Assembly (NCBI GenBank): GCA_964367475.1
Contig: CAYIXQ010000003.1
Coordinates: 8,811 to 42,081 of the forward strand
Length of the DNA stretch: 33,271 bases
Origin: an uncultured Candidatus Saccharibacteria bacterium
GTDB taxonomy: Bacteria; Patescibacteriota; Minisyncoccia; 2-02-FULL-40-12; IGHO2-01-FULL-4-A
Direction of reading: 5' to 3'
In this document: piece after piece, positions 9,660 through 19,492 of the stretch
Layout of the letters: each line of letters starts with the position of its first letter
How positions within the stretch are numbered: position 1 is the first letter of the stretch
Translations under genes and position numbers: made by a program
Notes under the pieces: generated by a model
What the model saw: only the letters and a program-made list of their open reading frames with translations
Told to the model about the DNA's origin: nothing
Database searches by the model: none

Positions 9660-10148
9660 TCAGAGATTGAGGGGACTTATCACCACCCGGCGTCTTGGTT
9701 CTTCACCAATACTTTCCGTCTGAATATCTTTATACGAAGCGAGTTCCGAGTGTACAAGTCTTCTTTCATAAGCGCTCATGGGCAGTAAAGCTTCGGCTTT
9801 TTGAGTACTAATCACCCGCTGGGCCGCACCGTGGGCCAGCGCCAAAACTTGGGTAGTCTTTGATTTTCGATAGTCATTAATGTCAATCACAAAACTGCCT
9901 CGCGTTTCTCCGGGACTTGTTTTTCTTGAAACAATCAGTCTGATTATATGCTCCAGGGCACCCAAATTCTGGCCGTTTTTTCCAATTAGCATACTTAAAT
10001 CACGGTCGGACTCGATTGATACCATCGCAAAATTTTCACGAGTAGCTTCATTTTCCATAAGCTGCACCTGCCCCTTAAAGTCAAACTTATCTAAAATATC
10101 TTTGGTCACCTGAATAATTATTTTTTTGATATCAGCATTGTCTATCAT
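9660..10148 (-). CDS. jag: Jag/KhpB RNA-binding protein (KH + R3H), lacking Jag_N
   Basis: LIGKNGQNL (KH), ERRLVH (R3H), TESIGEEPRRRVVI; downstream of yidC. Confidence 0.9.
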   Translation of the reverse strand: MIDNADIKKIIIQVTKDILDKFDFKGQVQLMENEATRENFAMVSIESDRDLSMLIGKNGQNLGALEHIIRLIVSRKTSPGETRGSFVIDINDYRKSKTTQVLALAHGAAQRVISTQKAEALLPMSAYERRLVHSELASYKDIQTESIGEEPRRRVVISPLNL

Positions 10149-10167
10149 AATTAGAATTTATGCGCTA

Positions 10168-10863
10168 TTAATATTTTCTCTTAATAAGCAGTTGTTCGAA
10201 GATTGAAAATAGGGTAGTCACTACCCAATAAATTACCAGTCCCGTCGGTAAATTCCAGGAAATTATTATAACCATAACCGGAAAGAAATACAACATTTGC
10301 CTGCTCATCATGGCCGCGGTGATATCTTGACCTCCGGATGGATTAGTATTTACGGCGGCAAGTTTTGATTGAACGAACTGGAGGGCACCCGCCGTTACCG
10401 CCAGTAGGGGGCTTTTCTGTGAAAGATTGATTAAGCCAAGCGAAATGTTATTTATCGTGCCCGGACTGCTTACAAAAGAGTAAAGGGAATTCAGACTATT
10501 TGGCTCCAGTCCGAGCCTAAATGCCTGATACAGGGCAATTAAAACCGGCAGCTGTATGAGTATGGGAAGACAACCGGAAAAGGGGTTAACATTGTGTGTT
10601 TTATATAATTCAAGCGTGGCCCGACTCAACGCCGGCCGATCATTTTTATATTTTTCTTGCAGTTCCTTAATTTTTGGTTGCAGTCTGGCTAGCTCTCGCT
10701 GTGAGCGCAGGGTTTTTAAAGAAAGGGGAACGAAAATTAGTCTTATTATGACAGTCAGAATAACAATGGCCACGCCAAAATCCTGCCCTGGCATGAGATT
10801 ATAAATCAATACCAGGGCGTTGAATATCGGCCTGAAAAAAATTTCATTAAATAGTTGGGTCAT
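10168..10863 (-). CDS. yidC: Membrane protein insertase YidC (short form)
   Basis: LQPKIKELQEKYK, NPFSGCLPILIQLP, GLVIYW motifs. Confidence 0.95.
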   Translation of the reverse strand: MTQLFNEIFFRPIFNALVLIYNLMPGQDFGVAIVILTVIIRLIFVPLSLKTLRSQRELARLQPKIKELQEKYKNDRPALSRATLELYKTHNVNPFSGCLPILIQLPVLIALYQAFRLGLEPNSLNSLYSFVSSPGTINNISLGLINLSQKSPLLAVTAGALQFVQSKLAAVNTNPSGGQDITAAMMSRQMLYFFPVMVIIISWNLPTGLVIYWVVTTLFSIFEQLLIKRKY

Positions 10864-10872
10864 AAGATTGGT

Positions 10873-11103
10873 TTAGTCGGTGACAGGGTCGACGCCTCCC
10901 CTCGAAAACGGGTGGCATCTTAAAATCCGCCGCGCGGACATGGTGGCTCCCTTGCTCAAGCCATGTCTTTCTATGGCTTGATAGGCATATTCGGAACATG
11001 AGGGGTAGAAGCGGCATCTGGAAGCTCCAACTAATGCCCGCCCATGGTCCGGTGAAAAACTTTTCTGATATATTCGTATGATTTTAAGGATTAAGCTTTT
11101 CAT
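10873..11103 (-). CDS. yidD: Membrane protein insertion efficiency factor YidD
   Basis: CRFYPSCSEY..RILRCHPFSRGGVDPV; likely start ATG 11103. Confidence 0.93.
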   Translation of the reverse strand: MKSLILKIIRIYQKSFSPDHGRALVGASRCRFYPSCSEYAYQAIERHGLSKGATMSARRILRCHPFSRGGVDPVTD

Positions 11104-11446
11104 TTTTAACTTGACCATAAATGGTTTTGATGACTTTTTCGAATTCGCTCTTGATTTCTCGAACTGACTTACCTACGATGGGTGGAGAAGCAGTTATGAT
11201 TATATCAAAATATTTTTTGGAATAATCAAGTTCCTTGATAACGGCGGAGATTAATCTTTTTATTCTATTCCTAATGACCGCCTTCTTGGAAATCGCCATT
11301 GGCACCACAATACCAATGCGGCTGGCACTCAAAGGACTCTCCAGGAAACGCATAAAGAAAAAACTGCTTTTTACAGTTTTTCCTTCTTTAAACACCCTTT
11401 GAAATTCTTTGGGCGAGACTAGCCTAAAACTTTTTGGCAGGGCCAT
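11084..11446 (-). CDS. rnpA: Ribonuclease P protein component
   Basis: KKAVIRNRIKR (RNR motif); conserved synteny. Confidence 0.95.
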   Translation of the reverse strand: MALPKSFRLVSPKEFQRVFKEGKTVKSSFFFMRFLESPLSASRIGIVVPMAISKKAVIRNRIKRLISAVIKELDYSKKYFDIIITASPPIVGKSVREIKSEFEKVIKTIYGQVKNEKLNP

Positions 11447-11454
11447 GGTTGTAG

Positions 11455-11592
11455 CTAAACAATTAGCCTATATCTGCCTTTTTGGCGGCGGCGGTTTATC
11501 ACTTTGCGCCCGTTTTTACTCCTTGCCCTTTTGAGAAAACCGTGTTTAACTTTACGCTTTTTCTTTTTGGGATGATATAGGGTTATTTTCAT
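11455..11592 (-). CDS. rpmH: 50S ribosomal protein L34 (not in the ORF track)
   Basis: Hand translation [45 protein letters not shown]; lies between rnpA and dnaA. Confidence 0.95.
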   Translation of the reverse strand: MKITLYHPKKKKRKVKHGFLKRARSKNGRKVINRRRQKGRYRLIV

Positions 11593-11618
11593 AAAACAGT
11601 AGGCAAAACCATTAATTC

Positions 11619-11646
11619 ATCTTACCAAAACGAGCCGCTTAGTCAA
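11619..11646 (-). promoter_or_regulatory. Putative rpmH operon promoter
   Basis: TTGACT-N16-TAAGAT with TG extended -10. Confidence 0.55.
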
Positions 11647-11678
11647 ACCAATTACCCGCCTTGAAAATAATCCACTTT

Positions 11679-11687
11679 TTATACACA
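11679..11687 (+). promoter_or_regulatory. DnaA box upstream of dnaA
   Basis: TTATACACA matches TTWTNCACA; degenerate TAATCCACT nearby. Confidence 0.6.
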
Positions 11688-11799
11688 CATTGTCAACGTA
11701 ACAGATATGTTGAGAGTTGGAACGTTAAATTATACTTAACCTATCATCTAATGTTGTGAGTAAGATTTTTAATACCGTCTTAATTCGTAATAAATTGGG

Positions 11800-13170
11800 A
11801 TGACCAACGAAGAACTTTGGAAAGCAGTCTTGGGCGAGATGGAAATATCCCTTTCTAGGGCAAATTTTACGACCTGGTTTAAGGGCACCACTATTATTTC
11901 CAATGCTAATGGGGCTATTTTAGTAAGTGTGCCCAATGGCTTTGTTAAAGAATGGCTTGAGAACAAATTTAATAAGCAAATATTCACGGTGATTCAAAAT
12001 TATTTTTCTGAAATTAGGGAAATTAAATATATCATTGGTTCCGCTCGGATGGGCCCGCCTATTCCCAAGAGGGATTTTAGCCAATTTATTCCAGAAAAGA
12101 TTAGCGAGGAAAAGCAGGATGCCGATATCGACAAGGCTACTAATCTCAACCGGCGCTACTCTTTTGACTCTTTTGTTGTTGGGCCAAACAATGAATTGGC
12201 GCACGCGGCCAGTTTAGCGGTTGCCAGAAGTCTAGGTAAGCTTTACAATCCATTATTTCTTTACGGGGGGGTAGGCTTGGGCAAGACTCACCTCCTGCAA
12301 GCTACCGGGAATGTTGTGGCCGCGACGGCGACAGAAAGGAAGATATTATACATTTCATCGGAAAGGTTGACCTCCGACATCGTTGAATCCCTTAAAAACA
12401 AAACTATTGAGGAAATGAAGCAAAAATATGCTCGTTTGGATTTATTAATTGTTGATGATATCCAATTTATTGCTGGAAAAGAACGGACGCAAGACATATT
12501 TTTTTCTACCTTTAATGAACTTTATGGAAAAAATAAACAGATCATTTTGTCGTCCGATCGGCCCCCCAGCGCTATACCCGCCCTCGAAGCTCGCCTGCGG
12601 TCTCGATTTGAGGGCGGTATGATTGCTGATATTGGCATCCCTGATTTTGAAACCAGATTAGCGATATTAAAAATAAAATCAAAAGATAAAAATTTTGAAA
12701 TTGATAATGACTCTTTGAGCTACATTGCCTCAAATATCCAGAAGAATATTCGTGAACTCGAGGGCGCTCTGAATAGAATTATCGCTTTTAGCCAAATCTA
12801 CAACAAAACCCCCGATCTTAAGGAAGTTAAAAAGCTTTTAGCGGCTTATTTGAGCACGCCCTACCGCAAAACCACCCACCAATCGATCCTTAAATCGGTG
12901 GCTGATTTTTACGGTGTCACACTCAATGACCTAACCAAAAGAAGCCGAAAAAAAGAAGTGGTCAGGCCTCGCCAAATTGCGATGTTTCTTTTAAGAGAGG
13001 AGGTAAAACTATCTTTTCCTGAAATTGGCTCTAAACTGGGAGGACGGGACCATTCCACCGCTATTCATGCTTATGAAAAAATTAAAAACGAAGAGGATTC
13101 CAATGAAACAACCAAACAAGAATTGGTTCTAATCAAAGAGAGGATATATCAGACTTTTGAAAATTCCTAA
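11800..13170 (+). CDS. dnaA: Chromosomal replication initiator DnaA
   Basis: YNPLFLYGGVGLGKTHL, DDIQF, RELEGAL, GGRDHST motifs. Confidence 0.99.
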   Translation: MTNEELWKAVLGEMEISLSRANFTTWFKGTTIISNANGAILVSVPNGFVKEWLENKFNKQIFTVIQNYFSEIREIKYIIGSARMGPPIPKRDFSQFIPEKISEEKQDADIDKATNLNRRYSFDSFVVGPNNELAHAASLAVARSLGKLYNPLFLYGGVGLGKTHLLQATGNVVAATATERKILYISSERLTSDIVESLKNKTIEEMKQKYARLDLLIVDDIQFIAGKERTQDIFFSTFNELYGKNKQIILSSDRPPSAIPALEARLRSRFEGGMIADIGIPDFETRLAILKIKSKDKNFEIDNDSLSYIASNIQKNIRELEGALNRIIAFSQIYNKTPDLKEVKKLLAAYLSTPYRKTTHQSILKSVADFYGVTLNDLTKRSRKKEVVRPRQIAMFLLREEVKLSFPEIGSKLGGRDHSTAIHAYEKIKNEEDSNETTKQELVLIKERIYQTFENS

Positions 13171-13404
13171 ACTTAGTTAATAAATTGTTGGTAATTATGT
13201 TTGTAGGTGATGGGTAATTTACTCGCGGTCTGTCTAGATAAAGATCTGGAAGAATATATTCAGTAGGTACCCGGTATTTATCCAGTGGTTTATTAATAAT
13301 CTATTCACAACTTAGGTTATCAAAAAGCGCAGTTATTACTTAAATATTGAAAAAATATCTGACTTCTCAACACCCTTAATAATAATGATTAAATTTATTT
13401 ATCT
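13171..13404. other. oriC: Probable oriC unwinding region
   Basis: AT-rich dnaA-dnaN spacer with degenerate DnaA boxes (CTATTCACA 13301-13309, TTCTCAACA 13364-13372) followed by CCCT and TAATAATAATGAT. Confidence 0.7.
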
Positions 13405-14493
13405 ATGAATATAATAATAAATCAAGAAAGTCTTCGTCGCGCTGCCCATATGGTCGAAAGGCTTGTTTCTAAAAACGTATCCTTACCGATTTTAAATACT
13501 ATTTTATTGAAAACCGAAAATGGACGCTTAAGGCTTTCCGCCACCAATTTGGAAATGGGAATTAACTACTGGATCGCTGCCAAGATAAACCAGGAGGGAG
13601 AGGTAGCTGTGCCCGCGCGGGTATTTTCTGATTTTATTAATAATATAAAGGATGAAAAAACCACCCTTGTTTCCAATAAGAATGTAATTACCATTAATTC
13701 TGACCATTACCAAACGACAATTTTGGGCACTGAAACAAAGGATTTCCCCTTAATTCCGAGGGTGAAGAATGCCATCCAGTTTAAGATTGATAGTCAAGAT
13801 TTAATAAGTGGATTGAATAGCGTACTTGATTCTGTTTCACTGTCAGAAACTAGGCCCGAGATCAGCGGGGTGTTTGTTAATATATTAAAAGAAAAGGTAG
13901 AATTTGCAGCCACCGATAGTTTTAGGCTGGCGGAGAAAATCATCAACCTAAATAGCGGTATCAATAAAAGTATTATTATTCCTAGAGCTGCCGCTCTTGA
14001 GTTGTCAAAAATAGCGGAAAGTACCGAGGGCGAAATCACTATTGCTATTTCTGATAATCAGATATTTGCTCTCGGCAGCGATTTTGAGTTTATCTCTAGA
14101 TTGATAGATGGTCACTATCCTGAATATAAGAAGGTGATACCAGAAAAATTCATATCCTCGGTAAAAATTAACAAAGGCGACCTGGAAAGAAATATCCGAT
14201 TGGCTAGTATTTTTTCCTCTAGTATATTTGATGTAAAACTAAAAACCGACACTGTTTCAATGCAAATCGCCGCCAAGAACAGCGACCGGGGCGAGATCCT
14301 TGCTTCCATCCCATGCCAGTCAGAAACAGAGCCATTTGAAATATCCGTCAATTATCGTTATTTACTCGACGGCTTAAGGGTTATCCCCGGGGAAAACATT
14401 CTAATTCAGTTTACCGGTGACGGTAGCCCGCTGGTTTTAAAGTCTGAAAATGAAAAAAACCAAACCTACGTCATAATGCCACTAAGAAGTTAA
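13405..14493 (+). CDS. dnaN: DNA polymerase III beta sliding clamp
   Basis: ATNLE, ATDSFRLAE, SRLIDGHYPEY, YVIMPLR; follows dnaA. Confidence 0.98.
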   Translation: MNIIINQESLRRAAHMVERLVSKNVSLPILNTILLKTENGRLRLSATNLEMGINYWIAAKINQEGEVAVPARVFSDFINNIKDEKTTLVSNKNVITINSDHYQTTILGTETKDFPLIPRVKNAIQFKIDSQDLISGLNSVLDSVSLSETRPEISGVFVNILKEKVEFAATDSFRLAEKIINLNSGINKSIIIPRAAALELSKIAESTEGEITIAISDNQIFALGSDFEFISRLIDGHYPEYKKVIPEKFISSVKINKGDLERNIRLASIFSSSIFDVKLKTDTVSMQIAAKNSDRGEILASIPCQSETEPFEISVNYRYLLDGLRVIPGENILIQFTGDGSPLVLKSENEKNQTYVIMPLRS

Positions 14494-14494
14494 C

Positions 14495-14773
14495 ATGGAA
14501 AACCTAGACCTAAAACTTAGGAAGATAAAAGAAAACATTCAAGCTAAAGAAAAAGCGGATAGGATCTTAAAAGCGGGCGTTAGAAAGGTGTTGCTTTTGA
14601 CGGTGGGAGATAATACTATTCTCGATGAATTCTATCTTAAAGCGGGTAAGCTAATATTACAAGCGAAAAACAAACCCAGTGCCAATGAGTTGTTTTTAAA
14701 AAAAGAGATGATTTTAAATCTCCTTTCCAGGGAGATGCCTACGGTAGTAATAAAGGAGATGATAGTCCGCTAG
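14495..14773 (+). CDS. Small basic hypothetical protein (possibly DciA-like)
   Basis: 92 aa, 1 nt after dnaN; the NKPSANELFLKKEMIL segment is reminiscent of DUF721/DciA (inference). Confidence 0.55.
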   Translation: MENLDLKLRKIKENIQAKEKADRILKAGVRKVLLLTVGDNTILDEFYLKAGKLILQAKNKPSANELFLKKEMILNLLSREMPTVVIKEMIVR

Positions 14774-16847
14774 CCGTAACCCAAGACTGTACGGCCCATT
14801 CCCAATTATGGTATTGTGGATCACTTGCAGGGATCAAGGGCGGATCGCCCAGCGGATTATTTCTGTCAACGTAATGTAATATGGAATGAATGCCGTCTGT
14901 TTCCTGATAATTCCCATTTAACATTATTTTTTCCGTTATCACTGGATCTGGTTTGATAAACTCTTCAGGAGAAGTGCCCTCCAGAGCGCGCCCCATAAAC
15001 TCGTGCCACAACGGGCCAGCCGCCGAAATACCGGCACCTTGGCGAGTCATGGGCTTATTGTCATTGTTTCCCGTCCAGACCCCGGCGACTAGCGATGGCG
15101 TGTAGCCAATTAGCCAACCATCTCTATTTTCTTGGGTAGTACCAGTTTTAGCGGCCACCGGCCAGTCGGGGAAATAAAGATAGCTGTTAAATCCAAACAC
15201 CGGACTGCGAGCACGATTGTCAGATAAGATGTCATTTAATAACCTGGCCACTTGGACATCTACTACTCTTTCCTGATCGTCCTTATATTGCTCGAGTACA
15301 GTACCATCAGCTGCCACTACCTTGAGAATAAAAGCCGGAAGTTGTCGCAGACCATCGTTGGCGAAGACGCCATAGGCCATTACCATATCTATTAAGCGCA
15401 CCTCTCCGCCTCCAAGAACCAGAGATAAACCATAGCGCGCGCGATCGTTCAGGGTGGTAATGCCCAAATCTTTAGCCAGATCAATCGTCTCATTTACTCC
15501 AGCCAGGTAAAGCACTTTGACCGAAGGAATGTTTAAGGATTGGGCCAGGGCGTTGCGAGCAGTGACGGGTCCGCGAAACCCGCCATCATAATCTTGGGGG
15601 TGGTAGCACTTCAAGCCATAGACATCCACCTCCTGCTCGCCGGACGAGTTGCAGTTAGGGTTAAACTCCGTTTTGATATCAAAAAGAATAGTTGAGTCGG
15701 TAAAGCCTTTTTGTAAAAACTTTGCGTAGGCAAAAGGCTTAAAGCTCGAACCGGGCTGTCTAAAACCTAACGCAACATTAAAATTCCCGTCGTTCTCAAT
15801 GTCGAAATAATCCCTCGAGCCGACCATGGCTAAGATCTGACCGCTTTTAGGGTCGGCCGAGACCAGAGAAGCATTATTAGCTTTATATTTTTCAGCATTG
15901 GTTTGACCGTGTTTTGTAACCACGTCTTCGGCTATTGCCTGAAGATTTGTATCTAGCGTGGTGACAACTTTCAAACCCCCATTCTGGACCATGTCTTCAC
16001 CGTATTTATTAATTAGGTATTCACGGGCCATCAATACAAAGTGCGGCGCGACGATATTTTCTCGAGGGGGCCGTAGTTTAGGTTGCTCGGTAATTGTTCC
16101 CTCGAGCGTTGAATCATCAATATATCCGAGATCATTCATGCGTTCAAGGATGTAATTTCTCCGCTGAATCAATTCAGAAAAATGATTGCCGTAAGGGGAA
16201 TAATAACTGGGAGCTTTAGGCAGGCCCACCAAAAGAGCTGCTTCCGCCAGCTTAAGGTTGGCAGCAGGCTTGCCAAAATAAGTCTGACTGGCGGCCTCAA
16301 TGCCATAAGCATTCGATCCGTATGGAATTTGGTTTAGATACATCCAGAATATCTCGTCTTTGGTAAACTCACGCTCAACTTTTATGGATAAGACAACCTC
16401 CTTGATTTTACGACTGATGGTTTTTTCATCACTAAGCAATGATTTTTTAATTAACTGTTGGGTAATGGTGGATCCGCCCTGGGAGGCGCTTAGACTGGTC
16501 AGGTCTTTGTAGAGCGCTCTTAAAATCCCGGTAAAATCAATACCGCGGTGGGTGTAGAATTCACTGTCTTCCGAAGCCAGCGTCGCTTTTTTTACCGAAT
16601 CAGGAATTTGATCCCAGGGGATAATGGTTCTCTTCTCTTCACCATGTACGTCATAGAGAATAGTGGTTTCAGTCCGGTCGTAAATTTTGGTAGATTCGTT
16701 TATGCGTCTGGCGGCAATTACAGACGGATCGGGTATTTGGGCGGAGTAATAAGCAAAAGCGCTCAATAAAAAAACTAAGCCTATAATGGCCAGAGAAATA
16801 CCCGCAAGGAGCATTTTTTTGACAGCTCTAAAAGCCGATTTTTTCAT
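14739..16847 (-). CDS. Class A penicillin-binding protein (PBP1A family)
   Basis: Transglycosylase motifs EDxxFYxHxG and GGSTITQQL; transpeptidase motifs SSFK, SLN, KTG. Confidence 0.95.
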   Translation of the reverse strand: MKKSAFRAVKKMLLAGISLAIIGLVFLLSAFAYYSAQIPDPSVIAARRINESTKIYDRTETTILYDVHGEEKRTIIPWDQIPDSVKKATLASEDSEFYTHRGIDFTGILRALYKDLTSLSASQGGSTITQQLIKKSLLSDEKTISRKIKEVVLSIKVEREFTKDEIFWMYLNQIPYGSNAYGIEAASQTYFGKPAANLKLAEAALLVGLPKAPSYYSPYGNHFSELIQRRNYILERMNDLGYIDDSTLEGTITEQPKLRPPRENIVAPHFVLMAREYLINKYGEDMVQNGGLKVVTTLDTNLQAIAEDVVTKHGQTNAEKYKANNASLVSADPKSGQILAMVGSRDYFDIENDGNFNVALGFRQPGSSFKPFAYAKFLQKGFTDSTILFDIKTEFNPNCNSSGEQEVDVYGLKCYHPQDYDGGFRGPVTARNALAQSLNIPSVKVLYLAGVNETIDLAKDLGITTLNDRARYGLSLVLGGGEVRLIDMVMAYGVFANDGLRQLPAFILKVVAADGTVLEQYKDDQERVVDVQVARLLNDILSDNRARSPVFGFNSYLYFPDWPVAAKTGTTQENRDGWLIGYTPSLVAGVWTGNNDNKPMTRQGAGISAAGPLWHEFMGRALEGTSPEEFIKPDPVITEKIMLNGNYQETDGIHSILHYVDRNNPLGDPPLIPASDPQYHNWEWAVQSWVTASGLSSPLLLP

Positions 16848-16924
16848 TATGATAGTGAAAATAATTTTGGCACAAACCCGGGTTATTTACAAGGTATAAG
16901 GCTTAAAGCTATGATGATAAAGAT

Positions 16925-18121
16925 ATGTTTGATAAAGTAATCACAAAAAAAAACGAGGTGGAAAAAATCTTTGGCCGCTATGTGGAAGACATTTTTCCTT
17001 CAAAGGAAAAGGCGATTGAGCTACTTACTTCTGGTAAAAAACTAACATTTTATCTTGGGATTGATCCTACCGGGCCGGATATTCATCTGGGCAATGCTAC
17101 TAATCTTTTAGTTTTAAGGACAATTATGAATCTAGGTCACCGGGTGATCTTGCTTATTGGAGACTTTACGGCCCAAACCGGAGATCCCACCGATAAAGCA
17201 GCAACCAGAAAAGTTTTGAGTAGGGATCAGATACGGAATAATATGGAAACCTATCTTAAACAAGTCGGGAGAGTCTTAAAAAGAAACGCTTTTGAGACCA
17301 GCTATAACAGTAAATGGCTTGGGAAAATGACTTTTGATCAATTAAGGCTTGTGTTTCGACAATTTACGATTCAACAGTTGATTGCTAGAGATATGTTTAA
17401 GAAAAGAATCAGTGAGCAAAAACCCATTACCATCGAAGAATTTATTTACCCCTTAATGCAAGGATATGATTCTGTAGCGATGAATGTTGACGGAGAAATA
17501 GGAGGGACTGATCAAACTTTTAACATGATGATAGGACGTGATTTGGTGTTAGCCATGTTAAAAAAAGAGAAAATTGTGATTACGACAAAGTTGTTAGAAG
17601 ATCCGATTACTGGCAGAAAAATCATGAATAAGAGTGAAGGGCAATACATTTCTCTTAACGACTCGCCCCGAGATATGTTTGGAAAAGTAATGGCCATGCC
17701 CGATCGTACCATCCTACCACTTTTTAATTTAACGACGATGGTGGCGGATGAGAAAATTCATGATGTCAAGCAAAAACTTGGCCGGGGCGAGAACCCCAAA
17801 GATGTTAAAATCGAATTAGCTTATGAATTGGTCACCATGTATCATAGCCCCAAAGAAGCCGAGCGAGCCATGATTGAGTTTGAAAGGGTTTTTTCAAAAA
17901 AAGAGCTGCCCGATGATATTAAGGTATTTTCACCAACAGCCCACGACATCATAAGCGTGCTGATTGATTCTGGGATGGTGCATTCTAAATCAGAGGCTAG
18001 GCATTTAATCGACCAAAATGGGGTAGAGATAAACGGTGAAAAAATCCGGCAGTGGGATCAATTGATGAAATCGGGAGACGTCATCAAGGTTGGACCTAGG
18101 AGATTCCTGAAGATCAGATAG
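16925..18121 (+). CDS. tyrS: Tyrosine--tRNA ligase
   Basis: YLGIDPTG..HLGN, YPLMQGYD, GGTDQTFN, C-terminal S4-like domain. Confidence 0.97.
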   Translation: MFDKVITKKNEVEKIFGRYVEDIFPSKEKAIELLTSGKKLTFYLGIDPTGPDIHLGNATNLLVLRTIMNLGHRVILLIGDFTAQTGDPTDKAATRKVLSRDQIRNNMETYLKQVGRVLKRNAFETSYNSKWLGKMTFDQLRLVFRQFTIQQLIARDMFKKRISEQKPITIEEFIYPLMQGYDSVAMNVDGEIGGTDQTFNMMIGRDLVLAMLKKEKIVITTKLLEDPITGRKIMNKSEGQYISLNDSPRDMFGKVMAMPDRTILPLFNLTTMVADEKIHDVKQKLGRGENPKDVKIELAYELVTMYHSPKEAERAMIEFERVFSKKELPDDIKVFSPTAHDIISVLIDSGMVHSKSEARHLIDQNGVEINGEKIRQWDQLMKSGDVIKVGPRRFLKIR

Positions 18122-18130
18122 ATTCTCCAA

Positions 18131-18165
18131 AATAACAAAATCCCCCCAAGGGGGATTTTGTTATT
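18131..18165. terminator. Bidirectional terminator hairpin
   Basis: AATAACAAAATCCCCC-caa-GGGGGATTTTGTTATT between convergent genes. Confidence 0.8.
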
Positions 18166-18349
18166 GGAGCTGCATAGACACTTCAGCATCTGATTTTTCC
18201 TTATCTTCTTTATCTTTATCAGACTCCGGGTCTGCTTCTTCCACATCGCCTTCTTCCGCCGTCTCCAGTTCATCCAGAGAATAGCGATATTCTTCTTTTA
18301 ACATTTCCTCCTGCCGCCTTATCTGGGCCCAGTACTGCTCGTGCCCCAA
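18161..18349 (-). CDS. Small acidic hypothetical protein, start uncertain
   Basis: 62 aa, D/E-rich; fills the gap after ruvC; only a TTG start is available. Confidence 0.4.
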   Translation of the reverse strand: MGHEQYWAQIRRQEEMLKEEYRYSLDELETAEEGDVEEADPESDKDKEDKEKSDAEVSMQLQ

Positions 18350-18391
18350 AGCACGAATCCTACCCGGCCGGATAAATCGGAAATATTTATG

Positions 18392-18865
18392 TTAATACAC
18401 TATAGTATTTGCGCAGCAAATTGCAAGAGCCAGCGCATCCGCTACGTCGTCCGGCCCCGGGATGTTTTTTTGACCCAAAATAAGTGACACCATGCGCTGT
18501 ACTTGATCCTTTTCCGCCCGGCCGTAGCCAGACACCGCCTGTTTAACCTGCAGCGGCGTAAATTCATCAATGGCCACGCCACTATTGACGGCGGCCAGCA
18601 TTATTACCCCCCGTAGCTCACTGACCTGAATTACAGTTTTACTGTTTTTGAAAATAAATAAACTCTCAAGCGAGATTTTATCAGGCTTATGCTTGGCAAT
18701 GAGCTTATTAAAAAAGTTATATACCGTGGCCACGCGTTCCCGGTTTTTGGTATTGGATGGGGTTTTGAAATCACCACAATCGACCATGATGTATTTTTTA
18801 CCGTCAAAATCAATAATACCATAGCCTATTAAAGAAGTGCCCGGATCAATGCCAAGAATTCTCAT
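18392..18865 (-). CDS. ruvC: Holliday junction resolvase RuvC
   Basis: ILGIDPG, catalytic E, GYGRAEKDQV, DDVADALALA. Confidence 0.97.
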   Translation of the reverse strand: MRILGIDPGTSLIGYGIIDFDGKKYIMVDCGDFKTPSNTKNRERVATVYNFFNKLIAKHKPDKISLESLFIFKNSKTVIQVSELRGVIMLAAVNSGVAIDEFTPLQVKQAVSGYGRAEKDQVQRMVSLILGQKNIPGPDDVADALALAICCANTIVY

Positions 18866-19391
18866 AGTTGCTTAGATTTGAGTGCACCGATTCCACATCA
18901 GCGTGATCAGCCAACTCATCAAGTAGTTTTCTCAATTTTTTGATTACCGTCGGATCATTTATCTCGCTTGGATTTTGGGCCGACCAGTTTTCATCAAACA
19001 TCCAGTTGAGAGATCCTTCAAGGACCATTTTAGCTTCATTTTTCATCAGGACGTTTTTAATTTCACCAATGGTCCGGTTCTTATTATCGGTGACGGCCTC
19101 AATCACAATGGCGATCGATCCCGGTCCCATAGCCTGAATGATTACCTCGTTTAGAGCGGCCATTTCCTTTTCGCCAGCCCTTTTAATGGCGCGTTCTATA
19201 TTTTCCTTAGGCATATTAAAAGCCCGCGCTTCTTCAATGGCTGAATATAATCGGTAATTAGTGGCCGGATCAGTGCCTTCCCGCGCAAGTATAGCTATTT
19301 TTTTCGATAGTTTACTAAAAATTTGCCCCTTGTGCTGATCGCTTACCCCTTTCTTGTGTCGAATTTGTTGCCACTTATTATGTCCACTCAT
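18846..19391 (-). CDS. yebC: YebC/PmpR family protein (short form)
   Basis: MSGHNKWQQIRHKKG, NMPKENIERAIK, TDNKNRT; 181 aa. Confidence 0.93.
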   Translation of the reverse strand: MSGHNKWQQIRHKKGVSDQHKGQIFSKLSKKIAILAREGTDPATNYRLYSAIEEARAFNMPKENIERAIKRAGEKEMAALNEVIIQAMGPGSIAIVIEAVTDNKNRTIGEIKNVLMKNEAKMVLEGSLNWMFDENWSAQNPSEINDPTVIKKLRKLLDELADHADVESVHSNLSNYENSWH

Positions 19392-19492
19392 AGATAGTAT
19401 TCTAGTTTCTCATGATTCTGGTTATGCAACGTTTACACCGGTGAATACGTCATTATGATCATCAGGACATACCTGATCAACGCAGAAGTAAT

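Noticed and set aside
19420-19485. Short palindromes between ruvB and yebC
   Set aside because: Stems of only about 6 bp with no U tract or recognisable motif; may be chance.
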